Positions 36,761 to 46,077 of a stretch of DNA of 64,000 nt are shown piece by piece; positions within the stretch are counted from its first letter, which is position 1; every line of letters begins with the position of its first letter. The notes beneath the pieces were generated by a model. That model was not told the origin of the DNA, ran no database searches, and saw only the letters and a program-made list of their open reading frames with translations. The translations under genes were made by a program, and so were the position numbers. The stretch covers positions 1-64,000 of IMG/VR virus record IMGVR_UViG_2675903066_000001; one strand, written 5' to 3'. This DNA is from a virus (lineage: Duplodnaviria > Caudoviricetes).

Positions 36761-37735
36761 CTACTCCAGCGCCGACGCCACCAGCTGCGACGGATCCCGC
36801 TCCAACAGGCGGCCGGAGTGCACGTACCGCATGGTCGTATCCATCGACTCGTGGTCCAACGCGTCCTTGATCTCGAACGAGTCCGCGCCCAGCTCCGCAG
36901 CGATCGACGCCCACGTGTGCCGCAGGACGTGCGGCGTGATGCTCAACCCCGCCTGACGGCCGACCCGCGCCACCAGCTCCGACGCCGACGACCGGTAGAA
37001 ACGGCCACCCGTGTCCGTCACGAAGATCCGCCCCGTCAGCTGCGACACCTCGACGCCGGCGCGGCGAGCCCGATCCTCCAGATACCGGTCAATCGCATAC
37101 CCGGTCTCCACCGGCAAGCGGCGCCTCTTCGGCTTGGTGCCCTTACCGACGATCCTCAGGCTTCGCAGGCCGCGCTCATACCCGAGTGCGGCCAAGTCCG
37201 CCGACACTGCCTCCTCGATCCGGACCCCGGTCTGCACCAGCACCCGGATGAACGCCGACGTCCGCAGCCGGGCCGGCCCGTGGTCAGAGTCGGCCGCGGC
37301 AATCAGCTGACGGGCCTCGGCCAAGGTCAGCGCCGTCGTCTCGGAGTGGTTGCGCGACAGCTTCGGCCTGCGCGTGCCCTTGAACCGGTTGGCGTCGATG
37401 ACCTCCTCGTCGACGAGGTAGTCGTACCAGGCCGACACCGACGACAGGCGCCGCGACATGGTGGCCGGGGGCACCGCCTTACCGGTCTTCTCCACGGCGC
37501 GGAGATCGAGCCAACGCTTGTAGACGTCGCCGTGCGACTTGCGCGCCTGGAGCGGGTCAAGCCCGGTCTCCCGGCAGAAGTCGAACCACATCGCGAGGTC
37601 GCGCCGGTAGCCGTCCCGCGTGTTCGGCGAGTCGTACGACAGCAGCCACGACATCGTCGCGTCCTGAGCGAAGCCGAGCAGACCGGGCGGGAACGCGAGT
37701 TCTCCGCCCCCGCGCGGCACCAGTTCGGCGGTCAC
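36761..37735 (-). CDS. Tyrosine recombinase (XerC/D-like)
   Basis: TGVRIEE, GKG, PHVLRHT, LDHES-DTT-RY. Confidence 0.93.
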   Translation of the reverse strand: MTAELVPRGGGELAFPPGLLGFAQDATMSWLLSYDSPNTRDGYRRDLAMWFDFCRETGLDPLQARKSHGDVYKRWLDLRAVEKTGKAVPPATMSRRLSSVSAWYDYLVDEEVIDANRFKGTRRPKLSRNHSETTALTLAEARQLIAAADSDHGPARLRTSAFIRVLVQTGVRIEEAVSADLAALGYERGLRSLRIVGKGTKPKRRRLPVETGYAIDRYLEDRARRAGVEVSQLTGRIFVTDTGGRFYRSSASELVARVGRQAGLSITPHVLRHTWASIAAELGADSFEIKDALDHESMDTTMRYVHSGRLLERDPSQLVASALE

Positions 37736-38229
37736 GGCTCGCGCTCGGCCGAGCGGGAAGTGATCTCGGCGAGCGCCTCCTGCAGAGCCGGGTTGCCTGC
37801 GGCAAGCTGCTCCAGCTCAGGGCCGGCGATCTCGTAAAGGGCGGCGGCCTCCGGGGCGCGGGACTGCAGCGCGGCGGCGATGCCTTCCGGGGTAGCGTCG
37901 GGCCAACGAGTGTGGACGCGACGCACCACCGCGGCGTACAGCTCGGCCGTTTCGCTCGCGGATGCTGCCGGGTCGAGCTCGATGGAGTTGGACGGCCGGG
38001 TGTCGTCGGTGCGGAGATGCGTGCGAACGAGCTCATAGTTGCTGAGCATCCCGCCACCACGCACCGGCGCACCCTTGACCGCCTGGTGTGTCTTCCGCAG
38101 CAGGGCGAGCACCGCCCGCAGGTCCTGCGGGTCCAGGCCGGCCAGCGCGTTGACCGCGCGCCGATCCTCCGCGCCGAGGGGGACGCCCAGCTCGTCGAAC
38201 AGGGCCACGATGTGCTGAAGGTTCCGCAT
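37732..38229 (-). CDS. Hypothetical protein coupled to the recombinase
   Basis: 165 aa, GTGA overlap. Confidence 0.6.
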   Translation of the reverse strand: MRNLQHIVALFDELGVPLGAEDRRAVNALAGLDPQDLRAVLALLRKTHQAVKGAPVRGGGMLSNYELVRTHLRTDDTRPSNSIELDPAASASETAELYAAVVRRVHTRWPDATPEGIAAALQSRAPEAAALYEIAGPELEQLAAGNPALQEALAEITSRSAEREP

Positions 38230-38263
38230 CAGAAACCACCGCCGACGCTGAAGGCCGTCACGT

Positions 38264-38506
38264 TCATAGCTCCACCTGCCGGAACACGACGGTGGCCTTG
38301 TAACGGCCGTCGTACTCGGGGTCCGGCTCGGACTCGGCCGACACGACGTGCAGCTCCGCGTCGTCGCCGAAGAAGCGTGCGGCTTCGTGGAGTGCGCGGC
38401 GTCGGAGTTCGTCTGGGCTGAAGCCGATGACGTGGACGCTGTGTTGGAAGGTGAAGTCGGGTGCGGCCGGGTTCGGCGGGCCGCCTTCCGCGTGGTTCAT
38501 GATCAC
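38264..38506 (-). CDS. Hypothetical protein
   Basis: 80 aa, first gene of the recombinase operon. Confidence 0.55.
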   Translation of the reverse strand: MIMNHAEGGPPNPAAPDFTFQHSVHVIGFSPDELRRRALHEAARFFGDDAELHVVSAESEPDPEYDGRYKATVVFRQVEL

Positions 38507-38555
38507 TTTCTCTCTGCCGCAGGGGAGAGTACATGATCAGCCTAGCTAATGATCA

Positions 38556-38581
38556 ATGGTCATAACAGCGATTATGACCAT
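38556..38581. other. dif-like tyrosine-recombinase core site
   Basis: ATGGTCATAA-CAGCGA-TTATGACCAT (10-6-10 palindrome). Confidence 0.7.
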
Positions 38582-38632
38582 GTCTTAGCGATCTTGAGGT
38601 GAGTCCGCTTTCAGGCGTCGGAGATCGCGGCC

Positions 38633-39205
38633 GTGGCAGACAATGACCTCATGACAACTCCCCCACCACTAGCCCGGCTGCTTATCGTCGCCGCCAAAAA
38701 AGCCCTCGCGGCAGTCGGCCTGACGTTAGTGTTTCTTGTCGTCGGCACGACCGAAGGCATCTTTGATCCTGAGCCGGACTGGCTGCTCTGGCTCTTCAGT
38801 GGCGCAGCCGTGGTTTCCCTAGGGTCGTCGCTAGTGCTCAGCTGGTACACCGACAGACCGCGCCGCGCAGCAGTCGAGCAAGCCGAACGAAGCCCGTCCG
38901 AACGGCTACGCGAACTCAACACAATGGTCGAGTCCTCCATGGCGGTCACCGCCCAATTCATGGACCGACTCGTACGCGAACTCGAATCACAGAAAGCCGC
39001 CGCCGAGGCAACCATCGCGGAAGGTGAGGAGCGGGCTCGGTGGCTGGACATCAACAAGGGCGAAGCCGAGAAGATGCGGCAGCTCCTCGTCGGCGAGACG
39101 AAGGCGACCATCAGCGCCCAGCGTCGTCGCGACTGGATGCTCGTCGGCATCGGCGCGCTCATCTCGATCCCCATCGGAGCCATGATCAACTTGCTTGTGC
39201 CATGA
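38633..39205 (+). CDS. Membrane protein (2 TM, coiled coil, TM)
   Basis: Hydrophobic segments; opposite strand. Confidence 0.7.
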   Translation: MADNDLMTTPPPLARLLIVAAKKALAAVGLTLVFLVVGTTEGIFDPEPDWLLWLFSGAAVVSLGSSLVLSWYTDRPRRAAVEQAERSPSERLRELNTMVESSMAVTAQFMDRLVRELESQKAAAEATIAEGEERARWLDINKGEAEKMRQLLVGETKATISAQRRRDWMLVGIGALISIPIGAMINLLVP

Positions 39206-39340
39206 AAACGAGACCTCACGGGCGACGGCGCCTTCTGCGTTTTGGGGGGTGGTGCCCCCTGGCGTGGTCGGGCGCGGGCCGGCTGGTTGTGGGTGGGTCT
39301 GCGTCGAGGAGGACCAGGCCGTCGTCGACGTGCGCCGCGG

Positions 39341-39538
39341 TCAGCGCAGGCCGGGGAACATCTGGTCTAGGTTCGCGGCGGCGGAGCTGGTCGCGAGGGC
39401 CAGGTGCAGCCGCGTCCATGCGTCGGCGAGGGTGACGCACGACTGGACGTGCACGGTGTCGTCGAGGTGCTCGGCCGCCTGGTCGAGGAGTTCGCCTGCT
39501 TTCGCCGCGGCGATGCTGGCAGCCTCCGAGGGGATCAT
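39341..39538 (-). CDS. Small hypothetical protein
   Basis: ATG overlaps the upstream stop. Confidence 0.5.
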   Translation of the reverse strand: MIPSEAASIAAAKAGELLDQAAEHLDDTVHVQSCVTLADAWTRLHLALATSSAAANLDQMFPGLR

Positions 39539-39774
39539 GCGGACGCTCCGGCCGAGGTGGTCGTGTTCGTCTCGGTGCGGGAGCGGGTGTCGCCGCCGCG
39601 GTGTCGGAGTTCGGCGCCGGCCTCCTCGAGGAGCTGGTGCACGAACCCGTACGACCGGCCGATCGACAGGGCGATCGCGCGGATCGACTCGCCGGAGCGG
39701 TACCGGAGGGCTACGGCTTGGGCGGCCTGGGCGCGCTCGGCGCCGACGATGCGGACGTTGGGTCGCAGCTGCAT
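39535..39774 (-). CDS. Small HTH protein (HTH_58-like)
   Basis: YRSGESIRAIA...GRSYGFVHQLL-EAG-LR-RGG. Confidence 0.8.
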   Translation of the reverse strand: MQLRPNVRIVGAERAQAAQAVALRYRSGESIRAIALSIGRSYGFVHQLLEEAGAELRHRGGDTRSRTETNTTTSAGASA

Positions 39775-39814
39775 GGGGGGCCTTTCCTGTTGTCGAGGGT
39801 GGAGAATCGGGAGC

Positions 39815-40060
39815 ATGCAGACGTACGAGGCCGGACGCCCGGTCGAACTGGACGCCCGGGAGCGGTTGATCCTCGTGTACCGCCTCGTCGCCGCCGAGCC
39901 GCTGTCGCGCAAGCAGCTTGGCGCCGTCCTGGGCATCTCGGACGCCAGGGTCAGGCAGCTGGAGTCCAAGCTGATGAGCAAGCTTCGGTTCGGCCTGACC
40001 GTGGAGTTTCCCGCATCCGAGCAGTACGAGGTGCCGGCCCCGCGGGACCTGCCGCGCTGA
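39815..40060 (+). CDS. Sigma-70 region-4-like HTH protein
   Basis: LDARERLIL...LG-VLGISDARVRQLESK...KLR. Confidence 0.65.
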   Translation: MQTYEAGRPVELDARERLILVYRLVAAEPLSRKQLGAVLGISDARVRQLESKLMSKLRFGLTVEFPASEQYEVPAPRDLPR

Positions 40061-40085
40061 CTCGGGACCGGTGCGTCGAGGGTGT

Positions 40086-40397
40086 TCAGGCTGCGCGGGC
40101 CCGGGCCAGGGTGGCGCGGAGCTCGTCGCGGTCTTCGGGTTTCGGGGGTACGGGGTCGCCGCGCCAGATGCAGCCTTCGATGGTGGCGAGGTCGTCGAGG
40201 TCGTAGACGACTTGGCGGCCGGCTCGGCCGAGGGTGCGGGCGGCGTAGCGGAACGCCCACTGTCGGATGGTCGAGGCTGCCCGGTCGAGGTGGTCGGCTG
40301 CTTGCTGGGCCGTGGCTGGGCGCACGCCGTCCTCCTGAGGCTCGGGGGGCAAATGGTGCGCTGGTGCGCTTTTGACGCGTTCCGGACAGGCAACCAT
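40086..40397 (-). CDS. Putative DNA-binding protein
   Basis: TAQQAA...STIRQWA-RY, YDLDDL. Confidence 0.55.
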   Translation of the reverse strand: MVACPERVKSAPAHHLPPEPQEDGVRPATAQQAADHLDRAASTIRQWAFRYAARTLGRAGRQVVYDLDDLATIEGCIWRGDPVPPKPEDRDELRATLARARAA

Positions 40398-40750
40398 GCG
40401 AGGTGGACGCGCTGTAGTCAGCGGAGGCGCACGAACAGAGTGGTTCGCATAGGCGAGTAAGGGTCAGCTAGCGATCTTGTTACAGGCGATCTCAGCGTCT
40501 CGCTAGCATTTCCGCAGGTCAGAGGCTCGCAACCGTGTAACGGGTACACCACACCTGTCGGCGCAAAGTGTTACACACCCGCCTCACCAGCCGCAACACC
40601 AGGCAACGAGAAAGGGCCGCCTCCCAGTCCCCCACGAACAGGAAGCGGCCCCAAGACCCCGCCCAAAGGGTCACCCACCAGACGAAGCGCTCTCGACCAA
40701 CCGGATACGCCCGGCACGGAGCGTAGCACCCCCAACGATCACGCACAGCA

Positions 40751-40966
40751 TCACCGCCGTTCAACGGTGACGATCACCTGCCAGGTGGCATCGAGCTCGA
40801 TAGAGATCAACTTCCAGCCCAAGTCCGCCGCGTAGTCGAGCGCCTGACGACGGAGATCGTCCGCGCCGGTGACGTCGAGCATGAACGGCTCAACGTCGTG
40901 GTCCTCCTCCCACAGGATCTTGACCACTGCCACGTAGCGGCCCGCCCGCACCGACAGCTCGCTCAC
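40751..40966 (-). CDS. Hypothetical protein
   Basis: Coupled 71-aa ORF. Confidence 0.5.
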   Translation of the reverse strand: MSELSVRAGRYVAVVKILWEEDHDVEPFMLDVTGADDLRRQALDYAADLGWKLISIELDATWQVIVTVERR

Positions 40967-41775
40967 GCGCCCACCTCGTCGACGACCAGGCCCCGCTCGG
41001 CGACCTCGCTGACATGCCCGCCGCACGTCGAACACACAAACGCGCCCAACCCCGCGTCCCAGCGCAACGACCGCTCACCACACGCCGAACACCGAGCGTG
41101 CGACTCCTCCGGCTCCTCCCCCACCGCCGCGCGTAGCCGCTCCTCCCAACCGAGCGACCACTCCACCAGCTGCACCGGCTCAGCATCCGCCGGCCGGAGC
41201 GCCGACACCACACCCAGGTCCTCCACCGCGAGCACCGCGACCAGCTGCTCTACCAACCACGCCACCGACCGAGACCGAGCAACCCCCGACCGAGCACCAC
41301 GAACCCGCGCCGCGCACCCCAACCGCTCCCTGGCCAGGTCCTCGAAGTCGAGCAGCTCCCCCACCAGCACATCCAGCAGCTCCGCATCCGGCGACACCAC
41401 CGGCCGCGGCCGCGACCCCGACACGCGAGACCAGCGCGACGCCGGCCTCAACCCATCCCCACGAGCAGACACCACCGCCGCCAGCGCATCCACTTCCAAC
41501 AGCGCGCGCCTCGTCGTCGCCCGACAGCGACCACACACCAGCGGATCCCCCGCACGCCACGCCACGTCAGGCTGAACCGGCTCGAGCGGCATCTCCCCCA
41601 CACCGCCCTCCGCGAGCCACCGATCCACCGCATCCGCATGCACCTCACGAGCACGAAGAAACGACGCCCACACGCGACGCGCACCACCATTGCACGGGCC
41701 AACACACACCTGACCAGCCAACACACACCCCCGGTGACAGACCCCCACACAGTACAAGATCAAATCCTTTCGCAC
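40963..41775 (-). CDS. Zn-finger-containing phage protein
   Basis: CxxPCN, CGRC, CSACG...CSTCG; start uncertain. Confidence 0.65.
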   Translation of the reverse strand: MRKDLILYCVGVCHRGCVLAGQVCVGPCNGGARRVWASFLRAREVHADAVDRWLAEGGVGEMPLEPVQPDVAWRAGDPLVCGRCRATTRRALLEVDALAAVVSARGDGLRPASRWSRVSGSRPRPVVSPDAELLDVLVGELLDFEDLARERLGCAARVRGARSGVARSRSVAWLVEQLVAVLAVEDLGVVSALRPADAEPVQLVEWSLGWEERLRAAVGEEPEESHARCSACGERSLRWDAGLGAFVCSTCGGHVSEVAERGLVVDEVGA

Positions 41776-41834
41776 AGAACCAAGCCGAAGAGGGCCAGCC
41801 GGCTTCGCTGACGAGCGGGTCCGGGGCGCGCGAA

Positions 41835-41865
41835 AACCCCGCGCGACTGGCTGTCGCGCGGGGTT
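41835..41865 (-). terminator. Intrinsic terminator
   Basis: aaccccgcgcgac-N5-gtcgcgcggggtt, U-tract on the minus strand. Confidence 0.75.
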
Positions 41866-41881
41866 CGCTGGGCGGTTCGCG

Positions 41882-42607
41882 CTACGCGCGCGGGCGGCGC
41901 GTCGGGATCGCTGCGAGTCGGCTCCGCGCCGCTTCGCTGGCTCGCGCTACTCCGTAGATCTCGTCAAGCGCTCCGCTGTCGGCAAGCTCGGCCATGCGGC
42001 GGAGCGATCGGAGCGCGGCCACGCAGTAAGAGGCTTCCTGCTGCGCCCTGCCGGTGGCGTGGGCGCGGGTGTAGGTCGCCTGCGTCTCGTACCGGGCGAA
42101 CATGGGCGCGTCATAGGTGATGCTGACCTTGCCGTGTTCGGCGGTCACCCGCACGTGCAGGAGCTGTCCGCACGTGGCGAGTAGGCGCGTGATCTCTGCG
42201 GCTGCGGTCCGGACGGCGGCGAGGACGCCGGTCGGCTCGGCTTCGATCGGACGGCGGACATCGCTTACCGCCACGTCTTCGATGATCGCACCCGTGCCGG
42301 GCTTGATCAGGAGGAACGTGGCATGCAGCGACTTGCGGCACGTGTCGCCGATGCTCCACACCCCGTGCAAGTGGACGGCGGGGCCGTGGTACTCGACGGT
42401 GCTGCCGGTCGGCGCGTAGTCCAGCAGGGCCGCGCGGGCGGTCTGGCTGGCCATGTAGACGCGCCGCTGAAGGTCGGCGCGCGGGTTGCACGGCTGGTGC
42501 CACATGCACCGCTGGCAACTGGTCCGGCCGTGTCCCTCGTACGCGCTCTGCGCGTCCCTCACGGCTTCGATGGCGGCGTAAGCGGCGTTCTTCTTGATCT
42601 GGTCCAT
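41882..42607 (-). CDS. Hypothetical protein (His/Cys cluster)
   Basis: GGAG RBS, ATG 42607; H..SCQRC....C. Confidence 0.6.
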   Translation of the reverse strand: MDQIKKNAAYAAIEAVRDAQSAYEGHGRTSCQRCMWHQPCNPRADLQRRVYMASQTARAALLDYAPTGSTVEYHGPAVHLHGVWSIGDTCRKSLHATFLLIKPGTGAIIEDVAVSDVRRPIEAEPTGVLAAVRTAAAEITRLLATCGQLLHVRVTAEHGKVSITYDAPMFARYETQATYTRAHATGRAQQEASYCVAALRSLRRMAELADSGALDEIYGVARASEAARSRLAAIPTRRPRA

Positions 42608-42668
42608 GACTGGTTCTCCCTGTGGTGGTGGGGGTGCCGCGCCCCGGTGCGGGGCGCGGCGGGTGGGG

Positions 42669-43355
42669 CTACTTCTGGTCGGTGGCGGCGTCGTCTTCGG
42701 CGTCGTCGGCCTTGACCTTCTTCGCGGCGCGCTCGGCGGCGGCCTTCTCGCGCCTCTCCAGCTCGGCGCGGCCTTCCGGCGTGAGCCTGGCGACGAACAT
42801 CTCGCGCATGTCGTCGTCGGTGGCGAGCTGCATGATTGCCTTAATCCGCTTGGTCTCCTCCTCCGGGAGCTTCGCGGCGGTCTCCGACTTCGCCTTGGGC
42901 GTGAGCAGCAGGGCAAGCGCGTTGGACGGGTCGGCCATCGGCTCGCCCATCGTGAAATCGACCTTCTCGCCGATGACCTGCGCGATAGCGCGGGTGATCT
43001 GCGGGTGAGACAGGTTCCCGGCTGCCTCGCGGTCAACGAGCGGGCTCGCGTCGTCCTGGCCCATGCCCTTAGCGCCCTTGGCAACGAGGTCCTTGGGGGA
43101 CACGTCCCAAGGCTGCGGGTTGGTGCCGTAGTCGCCCGCCCAACCGTGCTCGATGACGGCGGCCACCATGCCCGCGACGGGCATGGAGAACGCGCGCCAC
43201 ATCAGGCGGGCGGGGGTGCTGGCGTCGCTGGCGCGGTTGATTACGCCGTTAGCGGCGCGACGGAACCACGTCAGAACGACGGTGAGAGCGGCGGTCACCT
43301 GCTCGTCGGTGTAGCGCTCGGCGGTCTGGGCCTTGGCCTTAGCGGGAGTAGCCAT
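42669..43355 (-). CDS. Hypothetical protein
   Basis: GAAAGG RBS, ATG 43355. Confidence 0.65.
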   Translation of the reverse strand: MATPAKAKAQTAERYTDEQVTAALTVVLTWFRRAANGVINRASDASTPARLMWRAFSMPVAGMVAAVIEHGWAGDYGTNPQPWDVSPKDLVAKGAKGMGQDDASPLVDREAAGNLSHPQITRAIAQVIGEKVDFTMGEPMADPSNALALLLTPKAKSETAAKLPEEETKRIKAIMQLATDDDMREMFVARLTPEGRAELERREKAAAERAAKKVKADDAEDDAATDQK

Positions 43356-43420
43356 TTTGGATCTTGCCTTTCGGTTGGGGTGCCCGCCCCCGGTCGGGGG
43401 CGGGCGTAGGGGATGGTTTG

Positions 43421-44248
43421 TCAGTGGTTCCGCTGGCGCTTCATGCGCACCGAAAGCACGTAGATGGCCAGGGCGGCACCTACCAGCAACCAGGCGCAGA
43501 CCTGCACCCACAGGGGCAACCACGGTTCATCCGTCGCCACGGGCGTCGGGGTCGGCGTGGTCCGCGTAGGCGTGGCGCTGGCGGTCGGGACGGCGCTACG
43601 GCGCGTGCTGGACGCGGTGCCCGTGGCGGACGGCGTAGCGGTGACCGTAGGGGCGGGCGAACCGTCCCGACCGTTCCTGCCGTCCCTGCCGGGCGTACCG
43701 GCGTTGCCCTGCGGGCCGGTCGTACCGGCAACGCCAGGCGTACCGGCGGGACCGGTCGCACCGGGCGCGCCCTTCTCGCCCTTCTCGCCCTTCGGACCTG
43801 CCGGGCCCTGGTCGCCCTGGTCACCCTTCGGGCCCTGGGGGCCTGCCGGACCCTGCTCGCCCTTCGGACCCTGCGCCCCTGCGGGTCCAGGGTCGCCGGG
43901 GTCGCCCTTCTCGCCCTTCTCGCCGGGCTCGCCCTGCGGACCCTGCGAACCGTTAACACCGGGCTCGCCCTGCGGTCCCTGCGGACCCTGCTCGCCCTGG
44001 TCGCCCTGCACGGACACGTAGGGGATGCACACCGCGAACGAGAGTGCGGCCCCGCTGTCCATCGCGGTCGCCGTGACGGTCGGGCAGAACGTGCCCGTAA
44101 GGGTGACGGTCGGCGCTGCGACCGGTGTGGCACCGATCGCGCTGGGCGCTAACCCTGCCGTGATGGCCAGTACGGCGGCGGTGAGTGCGACGCTCGTAAG
44201 CGCCGCCCCCGCTGCCTTGGCCTGTCGTGTGTTCTTCATGGCGATCAC
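43421..44248 (-). CDS. Secreted, membrane-anchored collagen-like protein
   Basis: Signal peptide, uninterrupted Gly-X-Y tract, T/P linker, C-terminal TM + KRQR. Confidence 0.85.
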   Translation of the reverse strand: MIAMKNTRQAKAAGAALTSVALTAAVLAITAGLAPSAIGATPVAAPTVTLTGTFCPTVTATAMDSGAALSFAVCIPYVSVQGDQGEQGPQGPQGEPGVNGSQGPQGEPGEKGEKGDPGDPGPAGAQGPKGEQGPAGPQGPKGDQGDQGPAGPKGEKGEKGAPGATGPAGTPGVAGTTGPQGNAGTPGRDGRNGRDGSPAPTVTATPSATGTASSTRRSAVPTASATPTRTTPTPTPVATDEPWLPLWVQVCAWLLVGAALAIYVLSVRMKRQRNH

Positions 44249-44697
44249 TCTCGTTCCCTACGTAATGGGACGTCCAGGGCTGTCAAGTTTTTGTTATCGA
44301 CACGTTATGAAAATCGGGCGCTGACATACCCCCGCCCCCTATCTGACCAGCGGTTCAGCATTAGGAAAGAAACCTAACTAAACTCCAGGCCGCGCCGAAC
44401 CAAGATCCAACCACCCACAAACAGCCGCCGGCATAGCCCACCCACACATCTCTTGGGCTGGTTGCCTTCGACTTGCTGTTGTCGCTTCTGAGGGCCTCTG
44501 TGGTGTGTCTGGTCTCCTTGTACCGGTGCGCGTGTGTTCGTTCGCGTGTGTGGACGCTGTCAGGTCTTTTGAGCGTGTTCTGTCTGCGTTGTCGCTTGCG
44601 CTTTGCGTTGTGCGCTCATGCGAAAACCCGCCATCGACGACCAGGTGCGTTGGCCTGGGTGCGTCGGTGACGGGTTTCGGGGTGGTGTCGCCTTGGG

Positions 44698-45495
44698 TCA
44701 GTCGGCGGCGAGTCGGTCTGCTGCGCAGGCTCGGCAGGGTTCTTCCATGTACGGGTGGGTGGGGCACATGCGGCCTACGCCTCGGTGCGCTCCTGGTAGG
44801 GGTTCGGGCTTGGGCAGGTGTTCATGGGGGTTGGCGCGGAGTGCGCGTTGCACGTACCTGGCGGGGTTTTTCACGGTGCTGCGGGCTCTGCTGAGGATGT
44901 GGTCTCTGATGTGTGCGGCTTGCTGGTCGGTGATGGGGTGCGCGGCGAGCGCAGCGAGTTCGCGCTTCACCATGGCGTCTACTGCTGAAAAGTCCTGTCC
45001 GTCTGTCTGGTTGTCGTCGCGTTCGCGAGCGGGGTACGGCGGGATAGATGACTGACTAGAGAAGTTGTTTTGGGAGTGGGATTGGGATGGGATTGGGGCA
45101 GCGTCTTCAGACACGTCGCCGGACACGTCTTGAGACGCGTCTCCGCGTGATCTTGTGCGGTCGCGTTTCCCTTCCAACCACCGCTCTTGACGTGCACGTT
45201 TAGCCTCACGCCCCTCCCTGATCTTCTCAGCGGACGGTTGATATTCGAGGTAGTCGTGCACGCACCAACCTGAGTCCGTTTCCTCCCACAATCCGACCGA
45301 AACCAGCTCACTCGCGTACCGTTTCGGAGCTCGTACGTCGCTCACAAACTTCAGCTCACGCTCCGGGATCTGCCCATCGGACAGGTTGGCGTTGCACCAG
45401 CACAACGCCGAAACGTACAACCGGAACGCCTGGTCAGACAGGTGCCGCACCTTCCGATGCGTGGGGAAGGGATCATCGAGTCGAACCCACGCCAT
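44698..45495 (-). CDS. Replication initiator-like protein
   Basis: MAWVRLDD-F--HRKV, GLWE...HDYLEYQPS; C-terminal CPTH...CRAC. Confidence 0.8.
   Translation of the reverse strand: MAWVRLDDPFPTHRKVRHLSDQAFRLYVSALCWCNANLSDGQIPERELKFVSDVRAPKRYASELVSVGLWEETDSGWCVHDYLEYQPSAEKIREGREAKRARQERWLEGKRDRTRSRGDASQDVSGDVSEDAAPIPSQSHSQNNFSSQSSIPPYPARERDDNQTDGQDFSAVDAMVKRELAALAAHPITDQQAAHIRDHILSRARSTVKNPARYVQRALRANPHEHLPKPEPLPGAHRGVGRMCPTHPYMEEPCRACAADRLAAD
45098..45145. repeat. Putative iterons within the rep gene
   Basis: 12-bp period: GACACGTCgccg GACACGTCttga GACGCGTCtccg. Confidence 0.55.
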
Positions 45496-45983
45496 CAGAC
45501 CCGCGCCCCCTTCCTGCTGTTGCAGGACCGGCACAGCACCCGCAGGTTCTCCACGGTGTCCTCTCCGCCCAATGACCATGGAAAGATGTGATCAAGGGTC
45601 AGGTCTTGGATGGCGCCGCACAGAACGCAGCGGTCGCCGTCGCGGTCGAAGACGAAGACCCGGACGTTAGACGGTATGGTGCGGCGGTAGTCGTCCCTTT
45701 CGACCGTCCACAAGGCGATCGGCCGGCCGCCTGGAACAGCCGGTACGGCGTGAGGCATCAGCCAGCCCTCCCCCGACCGTTCCCATAGCCGAGTGCGGAC
45801 CAGGTCAGCGACATGAGCGCGCCGAGCGCCGAGCGAACGAGGTGTCCCCTCTGGAATGAACCCCGCCGTCGAGTAGGCCACGCACCATGACCCAGCCATC
45901 GCCCACAAGCCAAGAGCCGCTGGGCTCGCCGCTAGGACCGCTGGATGCGAGTGAAATCCGTCATCGACCTTGAACCACGGCAT
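45495..45983 (-). CDS. HNH endonuclease with Rep-like N-terminus
   Basis: MPWFKVDDGFHSHP; CVLCG...LDHIFP.S.GG....NLRVLCRSCN. Confidence 0.88.
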   Translation of the reverse strand: MPWFKVDDGFHSHPAVLAASPAALGLWAMAGSWCVAYSTAGFIPEGTPRSLGARRAHVADLVRTRLWERSGEGWLMPHAVPAVPGGRPIALWTVERDDYRRTIPSNVRVFVFDRDGDRCVLCGAIQDLTLDHIFPWSLGGEDTVENLRVLCRSCNSRKGARV

Positions 45984-46077
45984 GCTGTGTGCCGCCTTCC
46001 TTCCCTATATGCGAAGCGGGGGCCGCCACCGAGGGAAGTGGTCGGCCCCTACCGTAAGCGGTCGCTGGCGCACGTCG

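Noticed and set aside
36761-37735. Recombinase as the prophage integrase marking an end
   Set aside because: Phage modules continue on both sides, and no tRNA or att duplication was recognised.
43364-44152. Long antisense and alternate-frame ORFs over the collagen gene
   Set aside because: They are shadows of the Gly-X-Y repeat in high-GC DNA.
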